Assembly (NCBI RefSeq): GCF_963921235.1
Contig: NC_086097.1
Location: forward strand, 165,976,001-166,040,000
Direction: 5' to 3'
From: Mobula hypostoma
Taxonomy: Eukaryota
Length of the DNA: 64,000 nucleotides
The notes under the pieces are model-generated. The model ran no database searches. It was not told the origin of the DNA and saw only the letters and a program-made list of their open reading frames with translations. How positions within the stretch are numbered: position 1 is the stretch's first letter; each line of letters begins with the position of its first letter. This document shows positions 1-12,335 of the stretch, piece after piece. Both the position numbers and the translations under genes were made by a program.

Positions 1-280
1 GAGAAATAAAAATTCAAAAAGATGACCCTTTAAAACTTAGATGAGGAGGAATGTCTTTAGCCTGAGGGTAGTGAATCTGTGGAATTTATTGCCACAGAAG
101 GATGTGGAGTCCAAGTCATTGGCTGTACTTACAGAGGCAGAGATTGATAGCTTCTTTTCTGGGAAGACTGTGAAGGGTTACAAGGAGATGGCGGAGAATG
201 GGGCTGAAAAAAAATTAGCCATGATTGAATAGCAGTTCAGACTTAATGGGCTAAATCGCCTATTCCTGGTCCTCCATCTA
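1..280 (+). mobile_element. CR1 LINE 3' end fragment
   Basis: Translation MRRNVFSLRVVNLWNLLPQKDVE is the typical CR1 ORF2 C-terminus; similar to the copies at 35.6 kb and 56.1 kb. Confidence 0.85.
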
Positions 281-299
281 TGGCAGGCAAGAAATAGTT

Positions 300-1205
300 T
301 GCCTGAAATTGTTACATTCAAAATTGGATCCTGAAGGTATCAACATGCCCAGCTGTGAGTTGAGTTGTTGCTTCCCAAGTCCATGCTGGGCATTGCCACA
401 GCCTCAACATAGAAGGCTGAAGAGAGGTCAGAGCAGAGGGAAGTGACAGAGGACTGGAAGCCCAATGCCACCTCTGGGGACCGAAAGGGAATGTCTAGTA
501 AGTAAGTCAGCTACTCTGCTCACTCCAGGACCACGGAATGCAATACGGTTTCTCCATAGACATCTTCCTCTTTCATTGTTCTGAGGGGACTGGCTGGTCC
601 ACTCACTCATCTCCACGCAGCACCTACCCCTCCAATTGCATATTGCGTTACACTGTGGCCATTCCCTGCACTGAAGGGCAGAGTGCGAATTCGATTACTA
701 CTTTGTAGAGTACCACTGTTTAGTCTGTGAAATTGGTCCTGGGCTTCCAGTCACCCATTTGAACTCCCTATTTGACCTTCTACACTTTTAAGTGGTATCC
801 AATATCAGCTCAAGGACCACACATTATCTTCTATCTGGGCATGTTACAACGCTCATAAAAGTTGCTGGTGAACGCAGCAGGCCAGGCAGCATCTCTAGGA
901 AGAGGTACAGTTGACATTTCGGGCCGAGACCCTTCGTCAGGACTAATTGAAAGAAGAGATAGTAAGAGATTTGAAAGTGGGAGGGGGAGGAAATCTCTTA
1001 CTATCTTTTCTTTCAGTTAGTCCTGACGAAGGGTCTCGGCCTGAAACTTCGACCGTACCTCTTCCTAGAGATGCTGCCTGGCCTGCTGCGTTCACCAGCA
1101 ACTTTGATGTGTGTTGCTTGAAATTCCAGCATCTGCAGAATTCCTCGTGTTTGCATGTTACAACGTTTGAGACTTAACAATAAATTTAACCATTTCAGAT
1201 AACTA
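300..1205. mobile_element. Old Penelope-like GIY-YIG remnants (inverted pair), interrupted by a younger fold-back element
   Basis: Removing the 852-1152 insertion and one TSD copy restores HIIFYLGMLQRLRLNNKFNHFR*, resembling the PLE C-terminus EQHLIFRLGxLQPxGLNIEF. A similar degenerate segment lies on the minus strand at ~300-480. Confidence 0.55.
852..1152. mobile_element. Penelope-derived fold-back element with two decayed hammerhead motifs, 13-bp TSD
   Basis: Long inverted arms around a purine-rich loop. TSD GCATGTTACAACG at 839-851 and 1153-1165. CTGACGA-AGGGTCTCGGCCY-GAAA occurs on both strands. Confidence 0.8.
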
Positions 1206-1233
1206 CACTTTTCCTTGTCATCACAGTTGTGGC

Positions 1234-3292
1234 TGTGCTATTCTGCATCACTGATTACATCAACTTCTGTGTGGACTGCAATGTTCCGACAAGAACTGTC
1301 CTTTGTTATTCAAATAACAAGCCACGGGTAACAAAGGACATTAAGGACATCCTGAACGCTAAAAAGAGGGTGTTTAGAGATGGAAATGGGAGGAGCTGAG
1401 GGCAATACAGAGGGACCTGAAAGCCAGGATCAGGGAGGCTAAAGACAGGTACAGGAGGAAGCTTGAGTGGAAACTCCAGCAGAACAACATGAGAGAGGTC
1501 TGGAGGGGGATAAGGACCATCACTGGGTTCCGGCAAACTAGCAACAGAGGAGCTGAAGGCAATGTGGTCAGGGCCAACAAACTTTTAACCTGTTCTTTAA
1601 CAAATTTGACATTGTGGCCCCTGCCCATCCCCCACGAGTCATCTGTTGTTGGCCCCCAACCAACACATATTCCACTCTCCCCTCCTACCCCTCCTCACAG
1701 TCCCCCACCCTGCTCTCATGACTATACCCCTCCCCCACACAAAACCACCACGGTGGGCTTCACGGCTGAACAGGTGAGAAGACAGCTGAAATGTCTCAGC
1801 CCAAGCAAGGCTGCAGGACCGGATGGTGTCAGTACCAGGGTGCTCAAAGCCTGTGCCCCTCAGCAATGTGGAGTACTTCGCCATGTCTTCAACCTGAGTC
1901 TGAGGCTCCGGAGGGTTCCTGTATTGTGGAAGACGTCCTGCCTCGTCCCTGTGCCGAAGACACCGCGCCCCAGCGGCCTCAATGACTACAGACCGGTGGC
2001 ATTGACCTCCCACATCATGAAGACCCTGGAGAGACTTGCTCTGGAGCTGCTCCGGCCTATGGTCAGGCCACACTTAGATCCCTTCCAGTTCGCCTACCAG
2101 CCCCGACTAGGAGTTGAGGATGCCATCGTCTACCTGCTGAACCGTGTCTACGCCCACCTGGACAAGCCAGCGAGCACTGTGAGGGTCATGTTTTTTGACT
2201 TCTCCAGTGCGTTCAACACCATCCACCCTGCTCTGCTGGGGGAGAAGCTGACAGCGATGCAGATGGATGCTTCCCTGGTATCATGTATTCTTGATTACCT
2301 GACTGGCGGACCACAGTACGTGTGCTTGCAACACTGTGTGTCGGACAGAGTGATCAGCAGCACTGGGGCTCCATAGGGGACTGTCTTGTCTCCCTTTCTC
2401 TTCACCATTTACACCTCAGACTTCAACTACTGCACAGAGTCTTGTCATCTTCAGAAGTTTTTTGATGACTCTGCCATAGTTGGATGCATCAGCAGGGGAG
2501 ATGCGGCTGAGTACAGGGCTACGGTAGGAAACTTTGTCACATGGTGTGAGCAGAATTATCTGCAGCTTAATGTGAAAAAGACTAAGGATCTGGTGGTAGA
2601 CCTGAGGAGAGCTAAGGTACTGGTGACCCCTGTTTCCATCCAGGGGGTCAGTGTGGACATGGTGGAGGATTACAAATACCTGGGGATACGAATTGACAAT
2701 AAACTGGACTGGTCAAAGAACACTGAGGCTGTCTACAAGAAGGGTCAGAGCCATCTCTATTTCCTGAGGAGACTGAGGTCCTTTAACATCTGCCGGACGA
2801 TGCTGAGGATGTTCTACGAGTCTGTGGTGGCCAGTGCGATCGTGTTTGCTGTTGTGTGCTGGGGCAGCAGGCTGAGGGTAGCAGACACCAACAGAATCAA
2901 CAAACTCATTCGTAAGGCCAGTGATGTTGTGGGGATGGAACTGGACTCTCTGACAGTGGTGTCTGAAAAGAGGATGCTGTCCAAGTTGCATGCCATCTTG
3001 GACAATGTCTCCCATCCACTACATAATGTACTGGTTGGGCACAGGAGTACATTCGGCCAGAGACTCATTCCACCGAGGTGCAACACAGAGCGTCATAGGA
3101 AGTCATTCCTGCCTGTGGCCATCAAACTTTACAACTTCTCCCTTGGAGGGTCAGACACCCTGAGCCAATAGGCTGGTCCTGGACTTATTTCCTGGCATAA
3201 TTTACATATTACTATTTAATTATTTATGGTGCAACTGTAACGAAAAGTAATTTCCCCAGGGTCAATAAAGTATGACTATGACTATGACTATG
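1234..3292 (+). mobile_element. Rex1/Babar-type non-LTR retrotransposon, 5'-truncated, nearly intact RT
   Basis: ORFs 1489-2376 and 2386-3171 carry [42 protein letters not shown] and KYLG. The 3' end has AATAAA followed by a (GACTAT)n tail. Confidence 0.9.
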
Positions 3293-4910
3293 TTATTTTT
3301 CCTCTTCTGTCTGTTCTGTTTATAAGTGTAATGTTACAACATTGGTCTACATCCAGTCACGCACATTCTTCCTGCTGCCTCCCTTTCCTTCTCTGTAAAT
3401 TAAAACATGCTTGCTGTTTTCTTTTCCAGTTCTGATGAATGATCTTTGACTTGTAATGTTGTCTCTGTTTTTCCCCACATTGATGCCTGATCCGAGTGTT
3501 TCTTTTACTTCCTATTTCTATTTTTTATAATTTCCAGCATCTGCAGTTTTTTGCTCCAACTTTCTTGCTCCATGTGTCTCACGTAATGGATTTTTCCAAT
3601 TCAATTATAAATTAAAGGTGCCCCTGGAAATATCAGTAGCAACGAGATGCAGAAGGAGATCTGTGTTCTTGAAAGGCTGGAGTGCTTGTGGTATGGCTGC
3701 TCTCACAGTACCATTTAGGCAGGAAGTTCCAGGATTTGACCCAGTGATGATTAGGGACCAGCAATACATTCCTAGGCAGGATAGAGTGTGATTGTGAGGT
3801 GGTGGTCTTCCCATGTACCTGCTGTCTTTACTGTAGGTGCTGGGAATCATGGGTCTGGGAGGTGCTTTCTGAGATGTTAATCCGGCCACAATTACAATTT
3901 ACTGCTGTCCTGCGGCACCTGACATCTTAAAGGATCATTAGCATGGAAACTGACTAGCAAATGTCGAAATGCTTATTCATGTCAGCAGCAGAAATCCTTT
4001 GACTCATTTAACTGGTGATAGAATCTACATGATTAATGCTGCTGAACTTCAGTTAATATTTGCCTAATATGATCCTTAAACCACAATGCACTGTATTAAA
4101 GTAAAAGATTGGCACCACCTAACTGTTTAAGAATGGAAAAGTGAGTAAGGAATGTCCTTGTAGTGGAATGCTATACCCTGGGCCAAGACAGGCAAAGTTG
4201 GAAATGGAAAGATTCCTGATAATTCATTAGATATATTTAATTGGCAACATTCGATGCATTATAAGGAAGCTAGAACTTACTGAAATAAATCAGAGACATT
4301 ACCGTATTAACTAAGCACAAATCATTTGCACAAACACATCAGCTTTTGCCATATATTGAATATTTGGTCAGGGCAACAAATGGAATGTGCAGATGGAGCT
4401 GGGTGGTGATGGTGCCGGAAGGAGTATAAAGCAGAGAGGTCTGCAGCTACCTTTGAAAATACAGAAGATGCCTGACATGTGAAGGAAGCGCAGTTCATGG
4501 AGACAATCACTTTGTACTGGTGGATAAGACTGACTCATAATAGAACACCCACATTTTGTTACTGATTTTCTATTTTCCCCCACACCCTGCACTCCCTCAA
4601 ATCCTTCCACCTCTTGTCCTCTTCATTTCCTGCCGTCCCCCACCCCCGCCTCCTCTCTCACTCCACTTCTGCCACGACCTCATGCTAATGAACACCCGAC
4701 ACTTACCTCATAGTAATGCCACATTATAGCGTTCCAAATCTTCGCTCTGACTAATATTTAAAACTGAAGAAAAACGTCTAAGGAAGCTAAATTTTCATGA
4801 TGTATTTTGGAATCACTTTGAGTGCCAATGGTTTTACAGACTTATTTCTATCTTAGAGAGCTGGTTTCCAGCATTACCTGCTTTGAATGTTACCAGGAAG
4901 CGAGGTTTAC

Positions 4911-5442
4911 CTTAGCATCCTGCAGTGGGGGCTGATAGCTGGAGGGTCGGCTGTACATCCTCTGCGACCAGTTAGTGTGGATGTCCCCCAGGAACAACTC
5001 TTGCACCACTTGCTCGGGATTGTGGTGGAGGTGCTGCTTTTCCACCCGAAGGAGCTGCAGTTCATGCATGGCGAAATTCAGAGCTCGGAAACAATCGCAG
5101 CCACCTTCCTCACCCTCCAGGTCATACCGCACGTTGGGCTCCCACGTCTTCCGTCCTGGCAAGAAACCCGGGCACGACCTGTTCAACCTCTGGCTCAGTT
5201 CCTCCGCCTTCTCTTTACTGTGGCAGATGACCTGGGCCCTGTGCAGATGGTAGTCTGCTTCGGTTGCCCCCCGAATGATCCAGGAAGCCTGGCGCAGTCG
5301 GAGATTTCCCATGATCACCAGTGTGTAGGTCGGTTGCGTACAGTGATTGTCTCCGTAATTAAACTGATAAGCTTTGAAGGTATTATTGGAGTAAAATCTG
5401 TAGGATCTGGTAATGAATTCAGGGCCAGGCCTTACCTCACAG
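4911..5442 (-). CDS. APCDD1: APCDD1-family gene, coding exon 3 ([27 protein letters not shown]...[13 protein letters not shown])
   Basis: CAG acceptor at 5445-5443, donor AAG|GTAAAC, 532 nt open frame. Strong similarity to the first APCDD1 domain ([39 protein letters not shown]). Confidence 0.95.
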
Positions 5443-5629
5443 CTGTAGAGAGAGATATTAATTAGCTTCACAATAAAGCTATAATATTTGATTTTGCAAC
5501 ACTAACATAACTTTTTCCAATCTTTACAGCATGGGATATTTAGATAAAAGTTAGTAAGAAGTCACAAAAATCCTTTATCGGTGCCGTTCACATATAATCT
5601 GTTCTTATATCGTTACTTTCCAGCAAACA

Positions 5630-6445
5630 ATCACCTGTTTGAGATGGTGGAAGTTCTGGAGAATTATGTGGTGGATGCGGAGGTTGTTGGGTTGGGTAGG
5701 TTAGGAAAAGAGGAGCCCTATCCCTGATAGGCTGGCAGGAGGATGGGGTAAGAGCAGACATGCATGAAATGGAAGAGTTGTGGATGAGAGCAGCATCGAT
5801 GGTGGAGGAAGGAAAGCTTCTTTCTTTGAAGAAGGAGGACATCTCCTTCATTCTGGAATGAAAGGCCTCATCCTGAGAGCAAATGTGGAGGAAATGAGAG
5901 AAGGGGATGTCATTTTTACGAGTAACATAGTCCAGGTAGCTGTGAGAGTCTGTGGGTTTATAATAGACATCAGTAGATAAGCTGTCTCCAGAGATGGAGA
6001 CAGTGAGATGAAAAAGTAGAGGGAGGTGTCAGAAATGGACCAGGTAAATTTGAGGGCAGGGTGAACATTGGAGGCAAAGTTAATGTAGTCGATGAGCTCT
6101 GCATGGGTGCAGGAAACAGCACCAATGCAGTCATTGATGTAGCATAGGAAGAGTGGGCGATGGACACCAGTGTAGGCTTGGATCATAGACTGTTCCACGT
6201 AGCTCACAAAAAGGCAGGCATAGCTGCATAGGGACCCAAGCGAGTGCCCATAGCTACACCTTTTGTTTGAAGGAAGTGGAAGGAGTCAAAGGAGAAATTA
6301 TTAAGAGTGAGGACAAGTTCTGCTAGACAGTGGAGAGTGGTGGTGGAGGGGGACTGATTGGGTCTGGTGTCCAGAAAGAAATGGAGAGCTTTGAGGCCTT
6401 CCTCATGGGAGATAGAGATATATACTGACCGGACATCCATAGTCT
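5630..6445 (-). mobile_element. Penelope-like element reverse transcriptase fragment (frameshifted)
   Basis: Motifs MDVRSVYISISHEEGLKAL, LTLNNFSF, QTKGVAMGTRLGP, YINDC (YIDD-like) and HPALKFTWSIS are typical of PLE RT. Confidence 0.88.
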
Positions 6446-7542
6446 CCTTTATTTTCCTGTAGTGAAGCATTCTAAGTTTTCTCTTTCCATAGCTCTAGGA
6501 TCACCTATTAGGTGCCTCAATTCTATTTCAATAACTCAAGTCATCACAGATTTACACAAGAACATTTTAATTGTTTCAATCAGAATTTCTGGATGCAACT
6601 TGTGGTCTGTTCGGAGGACTGTCAAGTTTATTAAGCTTTCTAACATTTTATGTAATTTATTATAATCTGCTTGGATATGGTTGACAAACCCACAGATGTC
6701 CCCATTGTGGTCATCAGTCAGTAAGGTTCTTCTAAACAAAGTGTCGCCCCATTGTAAAATTGCAACAGCCACTTTGCACACATCAGATTCCCACAAGCAC
6801 CAAAAGCACCAGATGATCTGTTTTATTTCCAGTAGGGTTGACAGAGAATTTGTATTAAGCAGAACACCAGAGCTAACTCTCCAGTGTTTCAAAATGGTGC
6901 CTTGAGCTCATTCATCTACAAATACGTTTGATGCAAAATGATGCTTCTGAGCATCAATAGTTTATATTTGTCTGCATTAAACTTGACTTTTGATTTTGCT
7001 TCCCACCTGCATATTTTACCAAATAAATTCTACACCCCCTCAGCAGTCCCTTCTGTCTCTTAATAGGTGGTGTTATGTAGCAAGGAGACTGACTTCTGTA
7101 CTTTTACTTACTCAGGGAATTCTTTGTGTACTAGTAAAGTTGTCAATTGTACAGTTCTTTTCATTTTATTGATAACTGAAAATACCAGGGAACACAGAAA
7201 AGGGCAAATGCTATTGAAAGAACTTTTTTATGTGGCCTTTATAAACATTTTCTTTCTCCATGAATTTGTAACTCTACTGAGATAGGTCAGGGAGGAATTT
7301 GGTGACGGACAATTAAATGGTCCCACAAAGAAATAATTGACAGTTACTTCAACAGAAAGTATTTGGACTTATATTGTTAGAGTAGGATTTTAGTAAAAAA
7401 TAAATAATAAGACATGCATTGACCAATCCAAAGCACCTCAAAGCCTGTGAATAATTTGTATACACAGAATTGAAGTGCAATGAACGTAGCAGTCAATTTG
7501 CACACACTAATTACTTGAAAATGGCAAATCTGATAATATTGG

Positions 7543-8040
7543 TGTACTGTATAGCTACTGTATAATATGGGACTACTTTATGTTGTAGGGACACATCGTT
7601 GCATGCGCTATTCAGACTGCTGAATGGATCCTGACCCGGATCTGGGCCATACCCTCCAAATATCTGGACCTGCCTCTCGTTTTTTTTTGCACTACCTTAC
7701 TTTCCATTTTTCTATTTTCTATTTATGATTTATAATTTAAATTTTTAATATTTACTAATTTTTACTATTTTTAATATATTTAATATTAAGTATTTGTAAT
7801 CCAGGGAGTGGAAAGCGCAGAATCAAATATCACTGTGATGATTGTACGTTCTAGTATCAATTGTTTGGCGACAATAAAGTATAAAGTATTAGGCACGTAT
7901 TGAGCATGCACTATTAGGCAAGTATTGATCTGTACGTGTGTGTTCAGTTCGGTTTCAGTCAGTAAAGAACCCTGTTAACTTAGCTCCCGTCTCTAGCGTT
8001 TTTATTTATAGCTTTATTGTGTAACCCGGCCATATACACA
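7543..8040 (+). mobile_element. Solo LTR (TG...CA, 5-bp TSD ATTGG) containing a nested LINE 3' tail
   Basis: ATTGG at 7538-7542 and 8041-8045 flanks TGTA...CACA. An AGTAAA poly(A)-like signal lies near 7961. The nested piece ~7613-7886 ends in AATAAAGTATAAAG. Confidence 0.7.
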
Positions 8041-9026
8041 ATTGGCATTGGCTAAGAGACAAATATTAACCAGGATATCTCACCCTCCATCTTCAAAATA
8101 GCAACTGGATATTTTATGTTCACCTGAGAGACGAGACAAGTCCTTGCCTTAACAATTCAAATGAAGAAGGTGCAGTGCCTCCACAGCTTATGAATGCCTG
8201 GCTTTGTACAGCCTGTACACATACAGGTAAGCAAGCGTTTGAAAGACCAGCCGCTGTGGGGCTGCAGGCATCTTCTACCATGTAGGAAATTGGTGCAAGA
8301 TCATGTTTCTGATTTGGGAACTCTTTGTGTTAATAAACATTTCTCAGGAAGAGAGCCTTGCCCTAACCTGCAGTCGGCCTAGATTGCCAACAGAGAGCTG
8401 CCAGTCTAGATTTTTTGAGAGATGTCTGAAGAGATTTTAACTCAAAAAGCTTCTGAGTCAAGAGGGTTAAATCTGGCACAAACAACATAAATTCAGGTAC
8501 AGGTAGCTTTGTATAACCCGAGCTGAACGATAAATAGTGAGTGATCCCATTAACTGAACATCCATATAATGCTGGCCAGGTTCTAAGCTATTCTGAATTA
8601 TTCTAAATTGGATGAAAGACTACGTGTCCAAATCAACAAGTTTGAAAGAATTAGTGCAAAATCTTCAAAAGCAGCATGTAATCTTAAGACTTAATTGACT
8701 GTAAAGGGTAAGAAAAACAGATGCTCAGCAGCTTAAGAGTATTGTAAATAAAGGAATAAGGAATATTAAAGGCAACATTTTGAGGGGATGCTAAAAGAGA
8801 GAGATACAATATATTTAGATATTTACAGGACCAGTGGAAGAAGTAATTGATGATAGAGATAATGAACAGTGCTTGGGGACAAGATTATGTTTTTGTTAAT
8901 CCTCTAGAAATAAAATGGATCGTGAATGGAAAAGGACCACAATATTCATTCACTTAGCAGAAATACTTGATCATCAGATTTTCATATAAACATTATCAAC
9001 TAGGGCTGTAATTGGTGTTTACTCAC

Positions 9027-9207
9027 CTTGTGGAGACCCAGTGGCTCTCCACTTGGGGTGGCATTTGTACAGTGATCCTAGCTCCATTGTACAGGTGCTT
9101 TAACATATGGTGACATTGAAAATCTTTGCTAAACTTCCCAAGGATCTTCTCAATGGGTCTGTTGAGCACTTCCTCCGAGTAGTGTAAAGATGAAGCATCA
9201 TACAGTC
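9027..9207 (-). CDS. APCDD1: APCDD1-family gene, coding exon 2 (...FQCHHMLKHLYNGARITVQMPPQVESHWVST)
   Basis: Pyrimidine tract plus CAG acceptor (9210-9208) and donor AG|GTGAGT. 181 nt, phase 1 to phase 2. Peptide matches the remembered APCDD1 motif QCHHMLKHLxNGARITVQMPP...HWVST. Confidence 0.93.
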
Positions 9208-10146
9208 CTGGAAAGAAACACAATACAATAGATCACAGAAGTGAACCCAGGCTGAACATGGCAAATACCAACTTCTTGATTGAATTCTTTAACACACACT
9301 CCATGGGGAATCATGAGAGGAAATTCCAGGAATCAATTCAAGTTTACAAATTTAATAAAGAATGCCACAAGCTATTCACAAATAGAATGATTTGGTGTCA
9401 TAATCTTCTTAATCTGGCCAATTTTCAAGATCTTCAGTTTCAAGTTGTATAAGATCCATTTTTTTACTCTAAACTGCTAGACTTTTAAAACGTGTTTCGA
9501 AATAAGAAAATAAGAAAAGATCATGATTGACCTTTTACCCCAGCAATACTTTCCTGCAGTTACTCATCTGTGCTGTAACCTTGTGGACTAGTCTATCATG
9601 CAGGACCTTGTCAAATGTCTTACTAATAGAGACATCTCCCACCCTCCCTTCCTCATTCTTAGTTATCTCCCCAGAGAACTCAATCCCATTAGTAAGACAT
9701 ATATCCTTAATATCTTGCTTCATATAGGAGTTGGAAATTTTAAAAATGTATTAAAAGCTATAAAATTAAAATTCTGCTAGTTAGGTATATTCTTAAGAAA
9801 AATCTCTTTAGTTGACTCAATAAGCACTATAACAAAACTGATGCAAATATGAAATAAAAACAGAAAATACTGAAAATGCTCAACAAACCAGGCAGTTACT
9901 GTGAAAAAAAGAGAAACAGAGTTAACATTTCTGGTCCAATATGCTGGTTAATCTGCTGAGTTTTATGTAACCTTTTATATATTATCTTTGCTTAGACGTG
10001 AGTGTTGTTTGCAAGATCAGCATTTATTATCCACCCCTAATAACCCTTGGGAGAGTGATGGAACCACTGCATTCCTGACCCGATGACAAAGGACTGGCGA
10101 TGGGATGCAGTTCACAGATTGATCTGCAGGTGGCAGCATTCCCATG

Positions 10147-12335
10147 AAGTCAAGTCAAGTCACTTTTTATTGTCATTCCAAACATAACTGCTGATACAGC
10201 ACACAGTAAAAACGAGACAATGTTTTTCAGGACCATGGTGCTACATGAATAATACAAAAACTACACTGAACTACGTAAAACAACACAAAACTACACTAGA
10301 CTGCAGTCCTATCCAGGACTGCATAAAGTGCACAAAACAGTCCAGGCATTACAATAAATAATAAACAAGACAACAGGCACAGTAGGGGGCAGTAGGTTGG
10401 TGTCAGTCTAGACTCTGGGTATTGAGGAGTCTGATGGCTTGGGGGAAGAAACTGTTACATAGTCTGGTTGTGAGAGCTCGAATACTTCGGTGCCTTTTGC
10501 CAGATGGCAGGAGGGAGAAGAGTTTGTATGAGGGGTGCGTGGGGTCCTTCACAATGCTGTTTGCTTTACGGATGCAGCGTGTGGTGTAAATGTCTGTAAT
10601 GGCGTGAAGAGAGAGCCCGATGATCTTCTCAGCTGACCTCACTATCTGCTGCAGGGTCTTGCGATCAGAGATGGTGCAATTTCTGAACCAGGCCGTGATG
10701 CAGCTGCTCAGGATGCTCTCAATACAACCTCTGTAGAATGTGGTGAGGATGGGGGAAGCGGGGGAGATGGACTTTTCTCAGCCTTCGCAGAAAGTAGAGA
10801 TGCTGCTGGGCTTTCTTTGCTATGGAGCTGGTGTTGAGGGACCAGGTGAGATTCTCCGCCAGGTGAACACCAAGAAATTTGGTGCTCTTAATGATCTCAA
10901 CGGAGTCGTCGTCGATGTTCAGTGGAGAGTGGTCTCTCTGTACTCTCCTGAAGTCAACAACCATCTCTTTTGTTTTGTTCACATTCAGAGACAGGTTGTT
11001 GGCTCTGCACCAGTCCATTAGCCGTTGCTCCTCCTCTCTGTATGCTGACTCATCATTCTTGCTGATGAGACCCACCACGGTCGTGTCATCAGCGAACCTG
11101 ATGATGTGATTCAAGCTGTGTGTTGCAGCACAGTCGTGGGTCAGCAGAGTGAACAGCAGTGGACTGAGCACACAGCCCTGGGGGGCCCCCGTGCTTAGTG
11201 TGATGGTGTTGGAGATGCTGCTCCCGATCCGGACTGACTGAGGTCTCCCAGTCAGGAAGTCTAGGATCCAGTTGCAGAGGGAGGTGATTAGGCCCATAGA
11301 CTCAGCTTTCCAATCAGTTTCTGAGGAATGATTGTGTTGAATGCTGAACTGAAGTCTATGAACAGCATTCGAACGTATGTGTCTTTTTTGTCCAGGTGGA
11401 GGGTGATGGCAATGGCGCCGTCTATTGAACGGTTGGGACGGTACACAAACTGCAGGGGGTCCATTGAGGGGGGCAGCAGGGTCTTGATGTGCCTCAAGAC
11501 GAGCCTCTCGAAACACTTCATGATGATGGGTGTGAATACGACAGAACGGTAGTCGTTGAGGCAGGACACTGAAGACTTCTTCGGCACGGGGACGATGGTG
11601 GCGGCCTTGAAACACATAGGAACGACGGTGCTGCTCAGGGAGATGTTGAAAATGTCAGTGAGAATCTCAGCTAGCTGATCTGCACATCCTCTAAGCACTC
11701 TGCCAGGAATATTGTCTGGTCCAGCAGCCTTCCGTGGGTTGACCCTGCACAGGGTTCTCCTCACATCGGCCACAGTAAGACACAGTATCTGGTTGTTTGG
11801 AGGAGGGGTGGTCTTCCTCACTGCCACGTCATTTTCTGCCTCAAAACGAGCATAGACGTTGTTCAACGCATCTTGGAGAGAGGCATCACCAGCACAGGCA
11901 GGTGGTGTTGTCTTGTACTCCTCTAAGTTGGTAGAGTCGCCATCGGTTGTAGCGTCCCTGAATATGTGCCAGTCAGTGTGCTCAAAGCAGTCTTGAAGAG
12001 CAGAGATGGCTCCTGCTGGCCAGGTTTTCACCTGCTTCTGAGCTGGTCTGGAGCATCTGACGAGCGGTCTGTATGCTGGGATTAGCATAACAGAGATGTG
12101 GTCTGAGTAACTGAGGTGGGGGCAGGGCTTCGCCCAGTACGCGTCGGGAATGTTTGTGTAAACAAGGTCCAGCGCGTTCTTCCCTCTCGCTGCAAAATCC
12201 ACATACTGATGGAATTTGGGGAGCACTGACTGAAGGTTCATGTGGTTAAATCTCCGGCGACAATAAACAGTCCATCAGGGTGTGCGTTCTGCAGTTCGCT
12301 AATAGCCCCATACAGTTCGCAGAAGCTGTTCCTCT
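10147..12335 (-). mobile_element. Rex1/Babar-type non-LTR retrotransposon (end of APE domain plus RT), frameshifted
   Basis: ORFs with [45 protein letters not shown] and KFLG. The 3' tail is (TGACT)n, seen as AAGTCAAGTCAAGTCA at 10147. Confidence 0.9.

Noticed and set aside
1..4900. Search for APCDD1 exons 4-5
   Set aside because: No frame resembling the second APCDD1 domain was found; these exons presumably lie left of the window.
4887..5465. 192-aa ORF on the plus strand
   Set aside because: It is the antisense shadow of APCDD1 exon 3 and has no independent protein features.
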